DNA of 64,000 nucleotides from Myxococcota bacterium (GTDB lineage: Bacteria; Myxococcota; XYA12-FULL-58-9; JABJBS01), in contig JAYZAY010000061.1 of NCBI GenBank assembly GCA_036339465.1, forward strand, positions 1-64,000. Direction: 5' to 3'. Made by a program: the position numbers and the translations under genes. A model generated the notes under the pieces. It ran no database searches and was not told where the DNA came from. It saw only the letters and a program-made list of their open reading frames with translations. Below, piece after piece: positions 62,416-64,000 of the stretch (within the stretch, counting starts at the first letter, position 1; every line of letters begins with the position of its first letter).

Positions 62416-64000
62416 ATGAGTCCCACTCACCAGCACTCTTTGTATCCTCGTTCAATTGAGACAAGTCGCGTGTTTCTAATACTGAAAACAATATGGTTTC
62501 TAATCCTGTCCGTAGTTCTGAGCTCCCCAACTGCCTACGCCCAAAACCGTCTGAATCAATGCGACCAAATCAACATGAGCGGCGATCAATTAAATTGTGA
62601 CCAAAGCCAATGCCAACTTCAAGGCCATGCAGAAATACAATGCGATAAACTCAATCTACGCGCGGATGAGATTTGGCTCCGGTTCGATCAAAAACAACAA
62701 TTTCAGGATGCACAAGCATTCGGAAACGTTGTTCTAATCGACAAGGACCAGGTCCTAAAATGCCAGCAAATTTATCTGGGCGATGACAGAATCAAAGCAG
62801 AAATACCTTCAGCAAACCTAAAATTTCTAAAACCAGGTGCCCATCCACCCGATGGACCTGCTCGAAGTATTGTCAACGGTGACATCACTCGGTTCTCTGA
62901 TTCAAACTTCCAGCTTCGAGACGCCAATTTCACGTTCTGCGACTGCGAACAATCGCAATCACCCTCCTGGCGATTATCAAGCCCAAAGGTGGACATTGAT
63001 CTGAACTCGCGGGCAACTATTTGGTGGCCAGTTTTTGAGATCAATCCTTTCAATTTGGGACTGATCCCCATCACTCCCCCCATGGCTCCCCTTTCGCTTC
63101 CCCTCGCCAAACGGGCTCCAGGCTTACTTGCGCCACTCATCCGTTTTTACCATTTTCCCTACCCAATGCTTGGAATTCCCCTCTTTGTGCCTCTCGGAAA
63201 ATCCTACGACATCACCTTAACCCCCGCCATCAGATTTGACTGGGGTTCCCACGACACTTATGCCCCCAAAGATTGGGGAGCGCCAAGCGTAGAAACCAAA
63301 ATTCGATTTCATCCCAAAGAATCCATTCAAGGAAACTTCGAAGTTCATTGGACATTCGACAGTGAACGTTTTGCAGCTCACCGGGCAGTGGAAAACCGCC
63401 TTCCAGATATCGACACTCCCGAAGGCTTAGAAAAACTCCATGAAACACGAACCAATAACAGTTCCATAGATGAAAATTGGCAAAACCTCACAACTGACGA
63501 AGCGCAACGGTTATTATGGAGCCAGTATGCGGAGTCGGACAGAGCCTATCAACTTCGACATCGCGTTGCCGTCAAACTCGGTACAGATATCGACTGGAGC
63601 GACTCCCTCTACTCTTTGATTCGGCTCAATTGGGTCTCAGACGATCTCTACCCCCGGGATTTCGCGGTTTCACTCTATGAACAAGCGACTCATTATATCC
63701 CATCACGAGCGGTGCTCTACTTTGACTCTTCTTATTTTACCGCTCAACTGGGAGCAGATTACTACTTGCGATTGGACTCTTCCCTGCAACCAGACCCATA
63801 CAAAACAGAAAGTTCTAATATCTCCGCAGGTGAATGGGGCAGCGATCACCGGACTCCAACCTTTAAACTGGCCCTTAATCCGCTCCAAATGGCCAAAAAC
63901 CTATACGTCTACGGGAGCGCTCTCTTATCGCGTATCGGACCTTATACCGCCGGACCCTACTCCAGCATCTATTCCGGAACCCTGGGCGCTTTTTGGAGCC
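62416..64000 (+). CDS. lptD: LptD/OstA-like LPS-assembly protein, 3' end truncated by the window edge
   Basis: Not in ORF track. Signal peptide (..PTAYA-Q), OstA jellyroll (LRADEI, AFGNVVL), FTFCDC...PSWRLSS, KRAPGLLAP, SYDITLTP. Start is ATG 62416 or GTG 62470. Confidence 0.75.
   Translation, partial: MSPTHQHSLYPRSIETSRVFLILKTIWFLILSVVLSSPTAYAQNRLNQCDQINMSGDQLNCDQSQCQLQGHAEIQCDKLNLRADEIWLRFDQKQQFQDAQAFGNVVLIDKDQVLKCQQIYLGDDRIKAEIPSANLKFLKPGAHPPDGPARSIVNGDITRFSDSNFQLRDANFTFCDCEQSQSPSWRLSSPKVDIDLNSRATIWWPVFEINPFNLGLIPITPPMAPLSLPLAKRAPGLLAPLIRFYHFPYPMLGIPLFVPLGKSYDITLTPAIRFDWGSHDTYAPKDWGAPSVETKIRFHPKESIQGNFEVHWTFDSERFAAHRAVENRLPDIDTPEGLEKLHETRTNNSSIDENWQNLTTDEAQRLLWSQYAESDRAYQLRHRVAVKLGTDIDWSDSLYSLIRLNWVSDDLYPRDFAVSLYEQATHYIPSRAVLYFDSSYFTAQLGADYYLRLDSSLQPDPYKTESSNISAGEWGSDHRTPTFKLALNPLQMAKNLYVYGSALLSRIGPYTAGPYSSIYSGTLGAFWS

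Overview
Bacterial chromosomal window, most likely from a Myxococcota or related deltaproteobacterial lineage. This is inferred from a tandem TIGR04563-type small-protein pair, Haliangium-type microcompartment shell genes and Cys-rich secreted proteins; GC content looks moderate by eye. Left to right: (1) a >1,100-aa secreted amidohydrolase/TSP3/lamin-tail lipoprotein running off the left edge and missing from the ORF track; (2) a divergent PLP trans-sulfuration-family enzyme paired with a carnitine-acyltransferase-fold protein lacking its catalytic His; (3) xdhABC with a structured leader; (4) mutAB-meaB-trmO, purF and a stand-alone gcvP; (5) a decayed ISAs1 transposase abutting a four-gene bacterial microcompartment (BMC) locus (BMC-T, BMC-H, BMC-P, aldehyde dehydrogenase with encapsulation peptide) that has no signature enzyme; (6) tex, a sigma54 regulator and a short exonuclease-degenerate family A DNA polymerase; (7) the str/S10/spc/alpha ribosomal cluster, lacking tuf, rpsN, map, infA and rpsD, with rplC moved to the opposite strand; (8) envelope and signalling genes (TonB-C, FHA, TPR, beta-barrel, lpxK, CHASE2 cyclase, folC, AMIN, truncated lptD). 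The best novel-system candidates are the orphan BMC with a CxxC-bearing BMC-T and the PLP enzyme/pseudo-acyltransferase pair. No rRNA, tRNA or CRISPR array was recognised. All assignments come from motif recognition by eye; no searches were run.
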